Counted from the first letter of the whole stretch, positions 23,525 through 35,275 are shown. The stretch is 63,109 nt of DNA, filler included, from 10 parts of 10 records of this genome joined end to end with filler, not necessarily neighbours in it; one strand, 5' to 3'. Notes: generated from the letters alone by a model not told the origin. Numbers and translations are program-made.

Positions 23525-23580
23525 TTCGCTGAGCTTGCGGACAAGTCCAACGGGCTCATGCCCACAGGAAAGCAATATAC

Positions 23581-25335
23581 ATGGAGCCAGCCGATTTGTT
23601 CAGCACCGAAGACGGCTCGCTGCTCCTGGAGCTGGCGCTGCACCTGCCTGTCGAACTCACCTGGCACCTCCTCCCGACGGTTTGCCGTAGCTGGCGCCAG
23701 CTCGTCCCCCAAGTCCTCCGGCAGCTCGCCGGGCGCGCCGTGCGGGCGAGCTCGCCAGGCTCCACCTGGCGCCAGCTGGCCATCGGCCGCGGCTGGCTCT
23801 GGCCTGCCGGGTGTCCGGATGACTGGCAGCGCGACTATCTCCGCCGGCTCGAGGCCGAGCCGTCGCCCTGGGCCGCGGTGCCTCTGACTGGCCTGACCGA
23901 GCCGAACCAGGTGGCGATGGCGCTGGCGGCCGCCACGGCCGGGGCGGTGGTTGTGCTGGCAGGCGAGGTGCTCGAGGGCTCGGCACGGCTCGAGGTGCCG
24001 CCGGGCGTCACTCTGCGCGGGCTGCCCGGCCGGCCGACCGAGCTGAGGCTGCCCGGAGTGGCGCTGGCTGCTGGGGCCCGGATGGCACAGCTGCGGCTGG
24101 TGGGTGGGCTGGTAGAGTGCGGCGAGAAGGCCTTGGTGACCGACTGCCAGCTGGAGGGCAGCCGGGTGCTGCTGGCTGCGGGCGGGGGCACGGTCCAGCA
24201 TTGCCAGTTTGAGGGCGGGGGGGTCGAGCATGACGCGCTCGAGGTGGCGGGCGGCGGGCTGGTGTGCGGCAACAAACTGGCCGGGTACAGGATCGGGGTA
24301 GTATGCTCCGGGGCGGCCACCGTGCGAGCTAACCAGATCATGGACAATGAGTACGCCGGGGTGCGAGTGCTGAATGCGAGTGAGGTCGTGCTTGAGGCTA
24401 ACCAAGTGCTCTCCAATGGGGCAATGGGGGTGGTGGTCCAGGACAGCAAGCGAGTGCAGCTCAACCGAAACCGGTGCGACGCCAACGGACACGCCGGGCT
24501 GGCGGTGCACGGCGTGTCGGAGGTGGATTCTGAGGGCGACTTTTGCTGCCACAACAAGAAGATCGGGCTGCTGGTCCAAGGCGAGGCGCGCTGCCAGGCC
24601 AGAGGGCTCACTGCCGAGCACAACACCTGGTGCGGGGTGCTGGTCTCGTGCAATGGCCAGCTGGCGGTCCGGGCCGGCCGGATGGCATTCAACGCACATG
24701 GCACTGTCGGGGCCAAGGTCCGGAACCGAACAGGCAGCAATGGGACTCCGCCCCCCCGGACCGACGGCACCGAGACCGGCTCGTCCTCGCTCGGCTCGCT
24801 CCGAGCCTGGGGCGGGGCGGTGGCGATCCGGGCCGGCAGGCTGGCGTTGGACGACTGTGAGATCGAGAAGAATCACTGGCACGGTGTTGTGCTCTCCGGG
24901 GAGAGCAACGGCCAAGTCCGGGGCTGTCGGGTGCGGGAGCAAGCTCGGACAGGCGTGTCGTGCGAGGAGGCGGCGCGCGGGCTGGTGGTTGGGGGGCTGG
25001 TGGAGGCTAACAAGGTGTCAGGGGTGGTCGCACGGGGTGCGGCCGAGCTGGAATGTAGGGCGGTCGAGTCCCGGCTGAACGTCGGATCTGGGTTCGTGGC
25101 GCAAGGCGAGGCCAAGGCAACTCTAGTAGACAACCGCACCAACGGCAATACAGTGGCCGGAATTGGGGTTACAGGCAGTTCGGTGGTGAGGTTGGAGGGT
25201 AACAGCTGCGGTGAGGAGCACGGGTATTGCAACCACGGGGTGCTAGTGCAAGAGCAGGCGTCGGTGGTGCGATCCGAGGCCAGCTGTGCTGTGGACGGCG
25301 CGGATCCCGAGGATGCACTGCCCGAGGACGAGTGA
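23581..25335 (+). CDS. F-box-like plus right-handed parallel beta-helix protein (FBXO10/11-like architecture)
   Basis: LLLELALHLP...LPTVCRSWRQL F-box-like segment; many N..xGxxV PbH1 repeats. Confidence 0.7.
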   Translation: MEPADLFSTEDGSLLLELALHLPVELTWHLLPTVCRSWRQLVPQVLRQLAGRAVRASSPGSTWRQLAIGRGWLWPAGCPDDWQRDYLRRLEAEPSPWAAVPLTGLTEPNQVAMALAAATAGAVVVLAGEVLEGSARLEVPPGVTLRGLPGRPTELRLPGVALAAGARMAQLRLVGGLVECGEKALVTDCQLEGSRVLLAAGGGTVQHCQFEGGGVEHDALEVAGGGLVCGNKLAGYRIGVVCSGAATVRANQIMDNEYAGVRVLNASEVVLEANQVLSNGAMGVVVQDSKRVQLNRNRCDANGHAGLAVHGVSEVDSEGDFCCHNKKIGLLVQGEARCQARGLTAEHNTWCGVLVSCNGQLAVRAGRMAFNAHGTVGAKVRNRTGSNGTPPPRTDGTETGSSSLGSLRAWGGAVAIRAGRLALDDCEIEKNHWHGVVLSGESNGQVRGCRVREQARTGVSCEEAARGLVVGGLVEANKVSGVVARGAAELECRAVESRLNVGSGFVAQGEAKATLVDNRTNGNTVAGIGVTGSSVVRLEGNSCGEEHGYCNHGVLVQEQASVVRSEASCAVDGADPEDALPEDE

Positions 25336-25554
25336 TCTTGAATAATGCGAGGATATCATTGGATTAGAACCAATTTGAGCTAGCAAAAATTCGCGACTCT
25401 ACAATGCTGTCATGTAGTTACAAGCAAGTTCCTGGCACTTAATAAATATAAATAGTAAGTCTCGCCGGTGAACCAAAGTTGAATTCATTGTATTTCAAGG
25501 CTCATACGCAAACTATTCGCACACTATTCGCACACGACCCACACGTGCATGCGA

Positions 25555-26660
25555 TCAGTGTAAGCCTAAGTCACCACACGTGCCCATCTCGGGCAGTGCC
25601 ACTCTAAACTCAGAATCGGCCTGCACATTGGCAGACGGTTCGTCCCGCCCTGGTTCTCGCCTCTGTTCTACTGCCTCCAAGTGCAGCCTCAGTCCAGTGG
25701 ATGCCTTCCTCTGGTCGTGTCGCCTCTCCGCCTGCTCCAACCACTGCCTCAGGCCAACTGCCACGGCGCGTTGTTGCGCGCCCCGCTTCTCCGCACACCG
25801 TTGACTGAAACCCTCAGGCGATTCTTCAGCATCTCGAGCATCTCCAACTGACACAAAATACCTCTGTAGCCTTTCATCTCGCTTTGTGGCCTTTCTCCTT
25901 TTTGGCCGGGGCTTCACGGCAGACGACTCGTCCTCCGCGCTGTAGGCAGGCGGGGGCGCCGGCCAGTACTTGCACGCGGACCGAGACTGGACGTATTGGC
26001 ACGAGGAGCGGTCCAGTGCTGGGAGCTCGAGCTCGTTTGAGCCTCCGGGGTGGAGCGACTGGAGGGCGAGGACGATCTCGTCGTGCGGGTTGCAGTACTC
26101 CGAGTCCGGGCTCGCCGACACCATGAGGTCGTCCAGCTTGGCTTGGCATCTTGCCTCGATCTCCACTTGCAGCCGGCTGGCCGCCGGGGTGTGCAAGCAA
26201 AGCCCTCTCCGGACCCCTTCAGAGCCGCGAGAGAACTTCTCAAATAGAGCAATTCGCTTAGTAATGCGCGGAGTTGAGAAGAGCCTGCGATCAGAGGTCG
26301 ATCGGGGCACCATATTAGGGGTCACCAGAGCTCGCTCCCCTCGGCTTCGGTCCTGGCATTGTGCCCGAGCCGCCAGCTGGTGATATCGAAGTAACTTAAG
26401 GCGCACATCAAGTCGTGCTTGGAATCGCGTATCTCCAGGCAGCTCTCCGCTAGCACCGCCACCGCCGGCACCGACCGCAACAGCACCCGGAATTGGCCCA
26501 TCTCCTGCCAGATTGCCCATCAGCCCGGGGCCGGCCCAAGCCGCACCGTCTCCAACTCGGGCTGGTCCGGGGGCGGGCCGGGCGGCGGGCCGAGCGGCAG
26601 GCCAAGGTCCAGCTCGGGCGGCTCATCCCGGCTCCGGGTGCGAGTCAAGCAGGTGCCCAT
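25555..26660 (-). CDS. Hypothetical multi-exon protein with an N-terminal MGxCxT acylation motif
   Basis: ATG 26660 MGTCLTR..., joined to the downstream frame by ~41-42-nt GT-AG introns. Confidence 0.5.
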
Positions 26661-26874
26661 GTGATCAGGGGGAGCCGGGGAGCTTCGAGTTTTGGTTTAC
26701 CTCACGACTTCCTGACCTGGAGGCAACGACTGGTCCACAGCGCTCCAGAGACTCCGTTTCTGCACGACGAGTCCGTTGATCTTCAGGAGTGACCCCGTTT
26801 CTTCAACGTGACATTCTTCACCATGCCGCAATCTTCAACGGGCCTCGAATAAAAAATCGAGCTCAATCAAAAAG

Positions 26875-28443
26875 ATGGAGGGCTCCGACCCGTTCAACCC
26901 GCCGCCGTTCGGGGCCGCGGCGGGCGGGTTCGCCGGGATGGCCGGGCCGGCTCTCGACGCGGCGGCGGCACGCCCGGGGTGCAGGGCCGGGGCCGAGCGT
27001 TGGGGCAGGCGTACCCGACCGACCTGAGCGTGGCCGAGGTGCTGGCGCGGCACAACCCGGCGCTCGATCAGCTGCACGAGAAGCTGTCGGACGCGGCCCA
27101 GGGGGCGGCCGAAGCTGTCTCGGCCATGCTCGGCCGGCCGGCTGGGCAGGAGGAGCAGAGCGGGCCGCACAGGATCGAAGTCAGCGTGACGGAGCCCCTC
27201 CGTCAGGGGGAGGGCATCTCCGGGTACGTGAGCTACAAGGTGTCCACCCGGACCTCGCTCCCGCAGTACGGCCGACCCGAGTTCTTCAAAATCCGGTGCC
27301 CGGGCTGTGCTCCGGCCGGGAGCGAGCGCAGGCGCTACTCGGACTTCGAGTGGCTGCACCACCAGCTCAAGTACCCGAACGTGCTGATCCCGCCGCTCCC
27401 CGGCAAGGCCATCAGCGGGAACATGGCCCCGGAGTTCATCGCCACCCGCCGGCACGGGCTCGAGCGGTGGGCACGGGCCGGGCGGGTGGGCGAGTAGGGG
27501 CAGGTGGCTGCGCAAGGTGGTGCAGCACCCGGTGCTCCAGTACAGCAACGACCTGCAGACGTTCCTCGAAGCAGACGACCAGGTGCTCGGGCAGGTGAAG
27601 CAGGTGGCGCTCGACCTCAAGCGGCAGCAGCTCCAGAACACCGGAGTCAGCCGCTGGCTCAAGGAGGCTTGGCAGTCAGCGGCCAACAGCTGGTCGGCGC
27701 CGCAAGAGTTCGTAGATCCCGACCTGGACAAGCGGCGACAGGCGGTGGAGCAACTCCGGCAGCACGTGGTGGCGCTCCAGCGACAGAGCGCCAGGCTAGT
27801 GTACAACAGACGGAGTTCAGCCGTGGCGCACCTAGAGCTAGGCGGCGCACTGGGGAGCTACAGGCAGATCGAGCAGAGCAGGCCGCTGCAGAACATGCTG
27901 GACCGTGTGGGCCGGGTGTGCCACGGGGTGGGCCAGCTGCAGGCCGAGCAGGCCGCTGTAGACGAGATACAGCTGGACTCTGTGCTTGCTGAGACTATTG
28001 GGTACTGCGATGCGTCTGAGCGGCTGTTCAACAACAGGGACAGCGCGGTGGTGAGCTATCAGACCTCCCGGAGCATCCACCAGGAGAAGCTGGCCGCCCA
28101 GGGCGCCTTGGTCCGGAGCTCTTCGGACCCGGGCTACGATGCGCGGAATGCCGAGTTAATTCACGAGATTCAGGACGCGGAGATCCACGAGGCCGACGCC
28201 AAGAGGGCGTACGAGGAGCTGGTCCAGAACATGCGCGAGGAGACCGACGCGCGCGAGCAGGAGCGGCAGCAGGAGTTTAGGCGCATGAGCCTGGACTTTG
28301 CGCTCACGAGCAGAGATTATTATGCGCAGATTGCGAGCCAGTGGGAGGAGGCGGCCTCACAGCTACGCGAGGAGCTCGACTGCGTCAACCTGCCGGCCGG
28401 GCCGCTGAGCGCTAGCCTGAGCGCCAGTTACAAGGACATCTAG
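26875..28443 (+). CDS. Sorting nexin, PX-BAR (SNX1/2/Vps5-like); introns 26968-27008 GC-AG, 27296-27331, 27467-27503
   Basis: PX motifs YVSYKV, RRYSDFEWLH, IPPLPGK, RRHGLERWL, HPVL; C-terminal BAR coiled coil. Confidence 0.9.
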
Positions 28444-28571
28444 ACGACGCATGAACAACGCATTGAACGACTGAGATGATGCAAGGTCTCATTCACCAGC
28501 AGATGTAACTGTTCTAATTGATTGTAAATCCGCATCTAATCTAACACGCTCCGTAGATTTAACGAGCCGGC

Positions 28572-29766
28572 TCATAGCTTGGCAGATGCCCGTTGCTCAG
28601 TCAGTTGCTTGAGCATATGCATCGACAGCTCTCCCAGCACGGGAGTCAGCACGCCGACTGCTGCCGCGTTCGGGTTAGAGGCCTGGCCCTTGACCACTCT
28701 GGCCGCGATCCCCTGGCAGATGATCGCGTTCTTCCAGCAAACTGCCCCCCGGTCCCCCCTCCCCTCGGGGGTGTCTCACAGAAGCCTACGTAGAACAGCA
28801 TCTCACTGGTCAACTGCTCCAGTCGCACGGCCGGCGCCCGGGCCTGGCAGTACCGCGCCAGCACCTGCCTCTCCTCGGCCCGGCCGGCCCCTGCCACACC
28901 TCTTGCCGCGACGGGATCTGCAGCTCGGCCGCCTCGGCAGGTGCGAGCGAACTGCCATAGAGCGCCCTGCCGTCATCGGGCATATACATCGGGGAGAGAC
29001 AGTTGCCGAGGTCGGCGCCGTAGTGCCCCAGGGTAGCCAGCTCCCAGTCGATCACCGCGATCACTCGCGGCTCGGTCGGGTGGAAGATCACGTTGTCCAT
29101 CTTGAAGTCGCCATGCACTACCCCGACAGCGTCCGCAGGCTGGAGCGTCTTCAGAAGCCGCACCAGCTCGTCCGCCGCCGGGATGGCCGGCACCTCCTCC
29201 CCCACCGCCCGCTGGGCCGCCGACACCCGGGACAGGCTGCTGGTCTGCCGGTCAAAGTAGCCCGACGGCTTGCCAAACCCGTCCAGGCCGGCCGCGCTGA
29301 AGTCCACGTTGTGCAGGGCCGCCAGTGCGTCGATCAGGGCGAACCAGAGCGGGCGGCGCTGGTTCGGCTCGCACTCGGGCAGGGCCGGGTCCTTGAAGAT
29401 CCTGCCCTGGACGAACTGCATCACGTAGAACGGCTTGCCCAACACCGCCGGGTCCTCGCAGAGCAAGTGCATCTCGGGCACCGGCACCGGGGTGCGGTAC
29501 AGGCAGCGCATCACGTGGAACTCTCGGTCCACCCGGTGCGCCGTCTTGGACACGATCTGGCCCGGCGGCTGCTTGCGAAGCACCCACTGCTCCGGGCCGG
29601 CGTGCCCCAGCAGGAAGGTTGGGTTGCTCTGCCCATGCCCAAACTGCTTGACAGTCAGCGGCGGCCTAAACCCGGCCAGTCGCGGCCCCAGGTATGCCTC
29701 CAGCCGGGGCACGTCCACCGCGTGCCCCGCCCGCACCTCCGTCACGTCTTCCGCCGTCGAGGTCAT
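28572..29766 (-). CDS. Stand-alone aminoglycoside-phosphotransferase-family kinase (ACAD10/11 N-terminal-like) with PTS1
   Basis: [43 protein letters not shown]; after two introns it ends ...RASAKL*. Confidence 0.85.
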
Positions 29767-29818
29767 CCCCCTTCCCCTCTGGGGATCGCCAACGGCAGTT
29801 GCAGGTATGGCGAAAGAG

Positions 29819-29918
29819 NNNNNNNNNNNNNNNNNNNNNNNNNNNNNNNNNNNNNNNNNNNNTTAATTAATTAANNNNNNNNNNNNNNNNNNNNNNNNNN
29901 NNNNNNNNNNNNNNNNNN
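29819..29918. other. Artificial contig linker
   Basis: N44-TTAATTAATTAA-N44. Confidence 0.98.
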
Positions 29919-32032
29919 TCCCGGAGACATGGGGCTTCCTCTGCCCGGTCCACACGCCCGATGGCTCCCCATGTGGGCTGCTCAACCACCTGACCCAAAA
30001 CTGCCAGGTAAACCCCTCACTCTGCCCCTAGCTGACGCCTGCCAGGTGATCACGCAGGAGCCCGAGCCAACCCAGGAGCGCCCAGCGATCACAGCTGTGC
30101 TCGCCAGGCACGGGATGCTCCCTGTTGAAGTGCCAACGATCACACCGGCCGCCCAGATGACCGTCATGTACAATGGCGCCCTGATCGGGCACATCGCTAC
30201 CATCGACGCGCCCGAGGCGGCCGGGGCGCTGCGACTAGCCAAGATCAAAAGGGTGGCGGGGATTTCAGAGTACCTGGAGATTGGGCTGGTAATGCCACAG
30301 GACCGCGGCGAGTACCCTGGGCTATACCTATTCTCAACGTCTGCGCGGATGATGAGGACAGTGAAGCACCTGCAGACGGGCAAACAGGAGCTGATCGGAT
30401 CGTACGAGCAGATCTATTTGAACGTGGCCTGCCTGGACGAGGACGTCAAGCTGGAGATCACCAGCCACCAGGAGCTGCTCCCGACCAACATGCTGTCAGT
30501 GCTCGCCTCGTGCACGCCATTCTCAGATTTCAATCAATCCCCGCGGAACATGTATCAGTGCCAGATGGCCAAGCAGGCGATGGCTACCCCGTACCACTCT
30601 TACGTGCACAGAGTGGACAACAAAGTGTACCGAATTCAAACCCCGCAGGCCCCGATCACCCGCACTCGGGCCCAAGACGAGTATGAGATGGACGAATACC
30701 CTTCTGGGACCAACGCGATCATTGCGGTGATCCCGTACACGGGTTATGACATGGAAGACGCTATGATCATCAACAAGGCCTCGTACGACCGTGGGTTCAT
30801 GGCTGGCTGCGTGTACACAGTCAAGATTATCGACCTGGAGGATAAGAAGAGTGCAGGACAGCCACCACTCTACTTTGGCAACTATCTGCCCGGAGAGGAT
30901 TCCAAGTGCTGCCCCACTCTGGACGACGACGGGTTGCCTTCAGTTGGACAGCGGCTGCACAAGGACGATCCACTCTACTGCGCGATTGACGAATCAAGCT
31001 GCCGGCCCATAAAGGAGCGGTTCAAGTACAACGAGGAGGCCACAGTGGAGGAGATCCGGTTGTTGGCCTCTAAGGACAACCACCCGCTCCAAAAGGTGAT
31101 CCTCAAACTCCGGTTTGACCGCTCGCCCGTGATCGGCGACAAGTTTGCCACCCGCGCTGGGCAAAAAGGCGTGATGTCCCAGTTGTGGCCATCTGAGAAC
31201 ATACCGTTCGCCGAGTCTGGGATGCAGCCTGACGTGCTGTTCAACCCGCACGGATTCCCATCGCGCATGACAATCGGGATGTTGATAGAGATCATGGCCG
31301 GGAAGGCCGGGGCGCTGCACGGTGTGCACCAGGACGCCACTCCGTTTCAGTTTGGAGAGGATCAACCTGCAGTTGACTACTTTGGGCATCAGCTGCAGGC
31401 GGCGGGGTTTGATTATTACGGCTCGGAGACTCTATACTGTGGAACCACCGGGGTGCAGATGGAAGCTGAGATCTTCATGGGGGTGGTCTACTACCAGAGG
31501 CTGAGGCACATGGTATCTGACAAGTACCAGGTGCGGGCCACAGGGCCAGTAAACAAGGTCCACCTGCAACCCATTAAGGGCCGCAAGGTGGGCGGCGGTG
31601 TCCGATTCGGCGAGATGGAGCGCGACTCGCTGTTAGCACACGGGACTGCCTACCTGTTGCACGACCGGCTGATGAAATGCAGCGACTATGCCACTGCGTA
31701 TGTCTGCGCTCGGTGTGGTTCACTCCTCTCGCCGCTTCACGACCCGCCGCCCCATAGCGATACGCCGGTCCGCAGCACGACGCGGAACAATGTGTTTGGG
31801 ATCACGCCGCCGGATAGGGTGCACTGTCAGAGCTTGGAGTGCGCAGGGAAGCCATCGGTGTGCAAGCTGGTGCACATGCCGGCCGTGTTCAAGTACTTAG
31901 CCAACGAAATCGCGGCCATGAATGTGCGGATAACACTTGAGGTGCGTGCCCGGCCCAATGCCTTGGCGCTTAGTAGGGGGACAGGTGACAGACTCATCAA
32001 GTCGAGAGTCTTCGTCGCTAAAAACTGGGTGA
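29919..32032 (+). CDS. RPA2: RNA polymerase I second-largest subunit, 5'-truncated
   Basis: [83 protein letters not shown]; Pol I-type signatures. Confidence 0.95.
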
Positions 32033-32232
32033 GAATTTATGCCTCTTTTGTTCGATCGTTCTCCTAGATTTCACTCAGTCTCGGACTAAACCCAACTAAG
32101 ACGACGATCGCTTTAGTTCAGCGACTCCTTGAACGCAAAAGATAAGTTCTGATTTCATTAAACCTGTTTTTAAAACCTGCTCTGTGATTGACTCGCAATC
32201 ATTTGGTATTCATTGTACGTACTCGCAAGTCG

Positions 32233-32255
32233 TTAGGGTTAGGGTTAGGGTTAGG
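32233..32255 (+). repeat. Interstitial telomere-type repeat (TTAGGG)3TTAGG
   Basis: Read directly, in the spacer between convergent RPA2 and DGAT2. Confidence 0.85.
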
Positions 32256-32285
32256 CACACGTTAGTTTTTGCATCGCATCGTAGC

Positions 32286-33392
32286 TCAGACAAACTTGAG
32301 CACTCGATCGTGCCAACCGAGGCTGGCCTTATGCTTATTGAAAAGCTCGGACCAATGCTCCAGGATCCTCTCGTGCAGCTGGTCCACTTGCTCCTTACTA
32401 GGCTCCACCCCGTCCGCCAGCTTCTTCACACTGAACGATTCACCAAATAGCATGGTCAAGTTGCACCGGAAAGGGATCGGCAGCCCCCACCGGCCGTACG
32501 GTATGAAGATTGAGACCTTGAGCCAGCGCGACATCGCTTCCATCACACCGAAAGAGTCATACCACACTTTGTATGCCTGAGTGTTCCCGATGCTGTACGC
32601 TGGCAGAACTGCGACCCCAGTCTTGAGCATGAGCCGGGCCAGGCCCTTTCGATGCTTGAGTGCCACCAGCTCCTCGCGCGGATGGGCTGTGAATATTCCG
32701 GCTATCCCGTCAGGACAAATCCCGACACAAGTCTCTCGCTTCACATTCGCCACAATGTCTCGACCCGAGACTGGACAGCCGCCCAGCAGGAACCAATACC
32801 GCAGGAATGGGGTGTAGAACACCACGCTGGCCGCGCCACCGATGAACGGCCGACCGAATTGGTTGATGGCCATTAGGCAGAGCAGGTTGGCCAGAGGGAG
32901 TGCGCCGTGCGGTGGCGCCGGGCCTAGCCAGGCCTGCGAGTCCATGGCCTTGCGGTAGTCACCACCGGTCCACACGAATCGATAGGAGAAGTAGCGGTAG
33001 ATGGCCACTGAGAGCCGGACACACACTGGGTGTTGGGCGTTTTGGGCCTTGCCTCGAGGGACGGGGTGGCAGGCCAGGATCATTGTGACCAGCGTGTGCA
33101 GCCCGAGCTGGCTCCAGCTCCCGAGGAGCAGTAGCGCCAAGAAGCTCACGGCGATCAGCAGCGGGCCGCCCACGCAGAGGAGGAACACGGCGGCCACTAG
33201 CGCCTGATCGAGGAGGGAGCACTCGGCCTGGCCCACCAACGAGTCTTTGCCGAAGGGCCCGACCGAGGAGCACTGGACGTAGCTGGATTGGCACGCGGCC
33301 CACCGCTCCTTGATGCTCGGTAGCGCGCAGACCTCCGCTGGGACCGCGTAGAGCGGCAGGCAGCGCCCGGGTTCCTCAGCGGCCCGAGCCAT
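32286..33392 (-). CDS. DGAT2: Diacylglycerol acyltransferase type 2 (DGAT2/MOGAT family)
   Basis: PPHG (HPHG-like), PDGIAG, RKGLARL...G..VLP.Y..GN, GRWGLPIP, FNKHK; N-terminal TMs. Confidence 0.85.
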   Translation of the reverse strand: MARAAEEPGRCLPLYAVPAEVCALPSIKERWAACQSSYVQCSSVGPFGKDSLVGQAECSLLDQALVAAVFLLCVGGPLLIAVSFLALLLLGSWSQLGLHTLVTMILACHPVPRGKAQNAQHPVCVRLSVAIYRYFSYRFVWTGGDYRKAMDSQAWLGPAPPHGALPLANLLCLMAINQFGRPFIGGAASVVFYTPFLRYWFLLGGCPVSGRDIVANVKRETCVGICPDGIAGIFTAHPREELVALKHRKGLARLMLKTGVAVLPAYSIGNTQAYKVWYDSFGVMEAMSRWLKVSIFIPYGRWGLPIPFRCNLTMLFGESFSVKKLADGVEPSKEQVDQLHERILEHWSELFNKHKASLGWHDRVLKFV

Positions 33393-33493
33393 ATATTGCA
33401 GTGCGTTACCTGGCCCGTTGGAAGTCGGTTGCCTTGACTGTCTTGTTGCAGTCTTGTTTGCGCGCGGACGAACGGCCAATATTTATCTCAAAC

Positions 33494-34396
33494 ATGCCGT
33501 GCGATGAGGTGGCGAGCGAGGCGGGCCCGGCGTTTGGGACGGTGGAGTACTGGGACCAGGAGTTTGACCAGGACGGGATCTACGCCCAGCCGTTCGACTG
33601 GCTCTGCGGCTGGTCCGACATCAGTGGGCCGATAGAGCGGCTGATCCCGGACAAGAAAGCCCAGCTGCTGCTCCCGGGCTGCGGCAACGCCCCATACAAC
33701 CTAGAGATGTACGACGCCGGTGCGGGCTGCGGCCTATCCTCTGGCCTGACCGTGCGGGCAGGGTATACCAACATGATCTGTGCGGATAACTCCGTTGTGT
33801 TGATAGACGAAATGTCGGAGCTGCATGGCGAAGCCCGGCCGGGGATAGTGTGGGATCTGGTGGACGCGGCCCAGATGCCATACCCGGACAACAGCATAGA
33901 CGCGGTGCTCGATAAGTCTCTGCTCGACTGCCTGCTCTGCTGCTCGGGTGCGCTAGAGATTGCCAGAGCCTACGTGGCCGAAGTGTTCCGAGTGCTCAAG
34001 CCGGGTGGCGTGTTTGTGCGGGTGACGCTGCACCAAGAGAAGCTGGTGCGGGCGCAGTGCCGCGGGTTCGATTGGGAGATCGGGGCGGAGATGGTCGAGC
34101 TGGCGCGGCCGCAGGGCAGGCAGGGCAAAGACATGCATGGCGGGCTTGACGACGGTCTGGTGCTGGTCTGCGCCTGCACCAAGGGGAGCGGGCTGCCGGC
34201 TGGGATGGGCGGGAAGAAGGCGCGCAAGAAGGCGGCCAAGCAGCAGCGTCGGATGATGGCGTTGCTCGAGGAGGAGATGCGTGAGGAGCAGGAAGAGGAT
34301 CCCAAGGAGACCAAGACCAGGATTGTGCGCAAGCTGCGTGACGGGGAGCCGCTCAACACGGCCGAGGAGGAGTTCTGCGCCAAGCATGATTTATAA
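33494..34396 (+). CDS. Class I SAM methyltransferase (EEF1AKMT4/METTL13-like); intron 33720-33761
   Basis: EYWD...FDWL, LLPGCGN, DAVLDKSLLDCL, RVLKPGG. Confidence 0.8.
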   Translation: MPCDEVASEAGPAFGTVEYWDQEFDQDGIYAQPFDWLCGWSDISGPIERLIPDKKAQLLLPGCGNAPYNLEMYDAGAGCGLSSGLTVRAGYTNMICADNSVVLIDEMSELHGEARPGIVWDLVDAAQMPYPDNSIDAVLDKSLLDCLLCCSGALEIARAYVAEVFRVLKPGGVFVRVTLHQEKLVRAQCRGFDWEIGAEMVELARPQGRQGKDMHGGLDDGLVLVCACTKGSGLPAGMGGKKARKKAAKQQRRMMALLEEEMREEQEEDPKETKTRIVRKLRDGEPLNTAEEEFCAKHDL

Positions 34397-34507
34397 CCGA
34401 CTCCTGAGGCTTTGTTCAATACTTTAACTGATCATTGACTGACTACTTAGTATTAATTGCACGCAGTAAAAACATAAAACCAAAACTCACTCACTCCGAT
34501 CAGTCCG

Positions 34508-34720
34508 ATGGCGGACCGGGGGAGCGGATCGGCTGGCGGTGCGCATGAAGCGACAGCCGCAGTGGTGGAGGCCGAACTGTCCCGGCTGGCACGGCTGCCA
34601 CAGGCCTCACAGTTTGTGCAGCACCGCACCCGGGTCTGCAGGAAGGTGCTTGAGCTGCTGGCGAGCGAGGACAGCACGCAGGATGAGCTGTCGGCGCTAT
34701 TGGGCGCGCTCGCGCTTTGA
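34508..34720 (+). CDS. 70-aa helical microprotein
   Basis: ATG-to-TGA ORF, GC-rich, after an AT-rich spacer; EAELSRLARLPQASQFVQHR.RV..KVLELL...DELSALLGAL. Confidence 0.5.
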   Translation: MADRGSGSAGGAHEATAAVVEAELSRLARLPQASQFVQHRTRVCRKVLELLASEDSTQDELSALLGALAL

Positions 34721-35275
34721 GCGGGGCCGACGAGTGCAAGCACGACGCAGGGGGTCTCTCGTCCGAGTGTGACGCATTCAATGCAGAGGACCCAGCGAGG
34801 GGCAACTAGAGCGGCGCGGTGGGCTGACCGGCGCGATGGACCAGCAGCCGCTCCGTGGAACAGGCTGCAGAGGGGCCGCGGCTGTATGCTAAGCTGGCCG
34901 AAGCCCAGAGCACAGTGCCATGGCCATGCAGCTTCTGAAGAGTATTCGCCTTGGCGGGCGCTGGCCGGCGAGGAGATGATCGGGGCTGCGGGCGGCGGTC
35001 AACCGACGCTGCTCCTTTTAACTCCTTGTCATTTGGCGGCACGCGGAATATACTCGAGCACACGGATAATAACATCCAAGAATGTTGCTGCAGCCTCGGA
35101 TTCTTAAGATATATCGACGTATCGTACCGGCTAGGTCCGGTCCGGAATAACGCCGAGAAATCAGTTCGTACTCGTATTTAAAATACTCGTAAGTTCATCT
35201 TAAAGCATCGACACGCTAATTAGCCAATCATATCGGTGGTCTGCCACATGCGCCCCCCGCCAGGTCCGGCGCGCT

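Noticed and set aside
23329-24942. Long antisense and overlapping ORFs (also 28579-29874, 15419-16522 and the upstream part of 52002-53534)
   Set aside because: Shadow ORFs of GC-rich coding strands, with no recognisable motifs.
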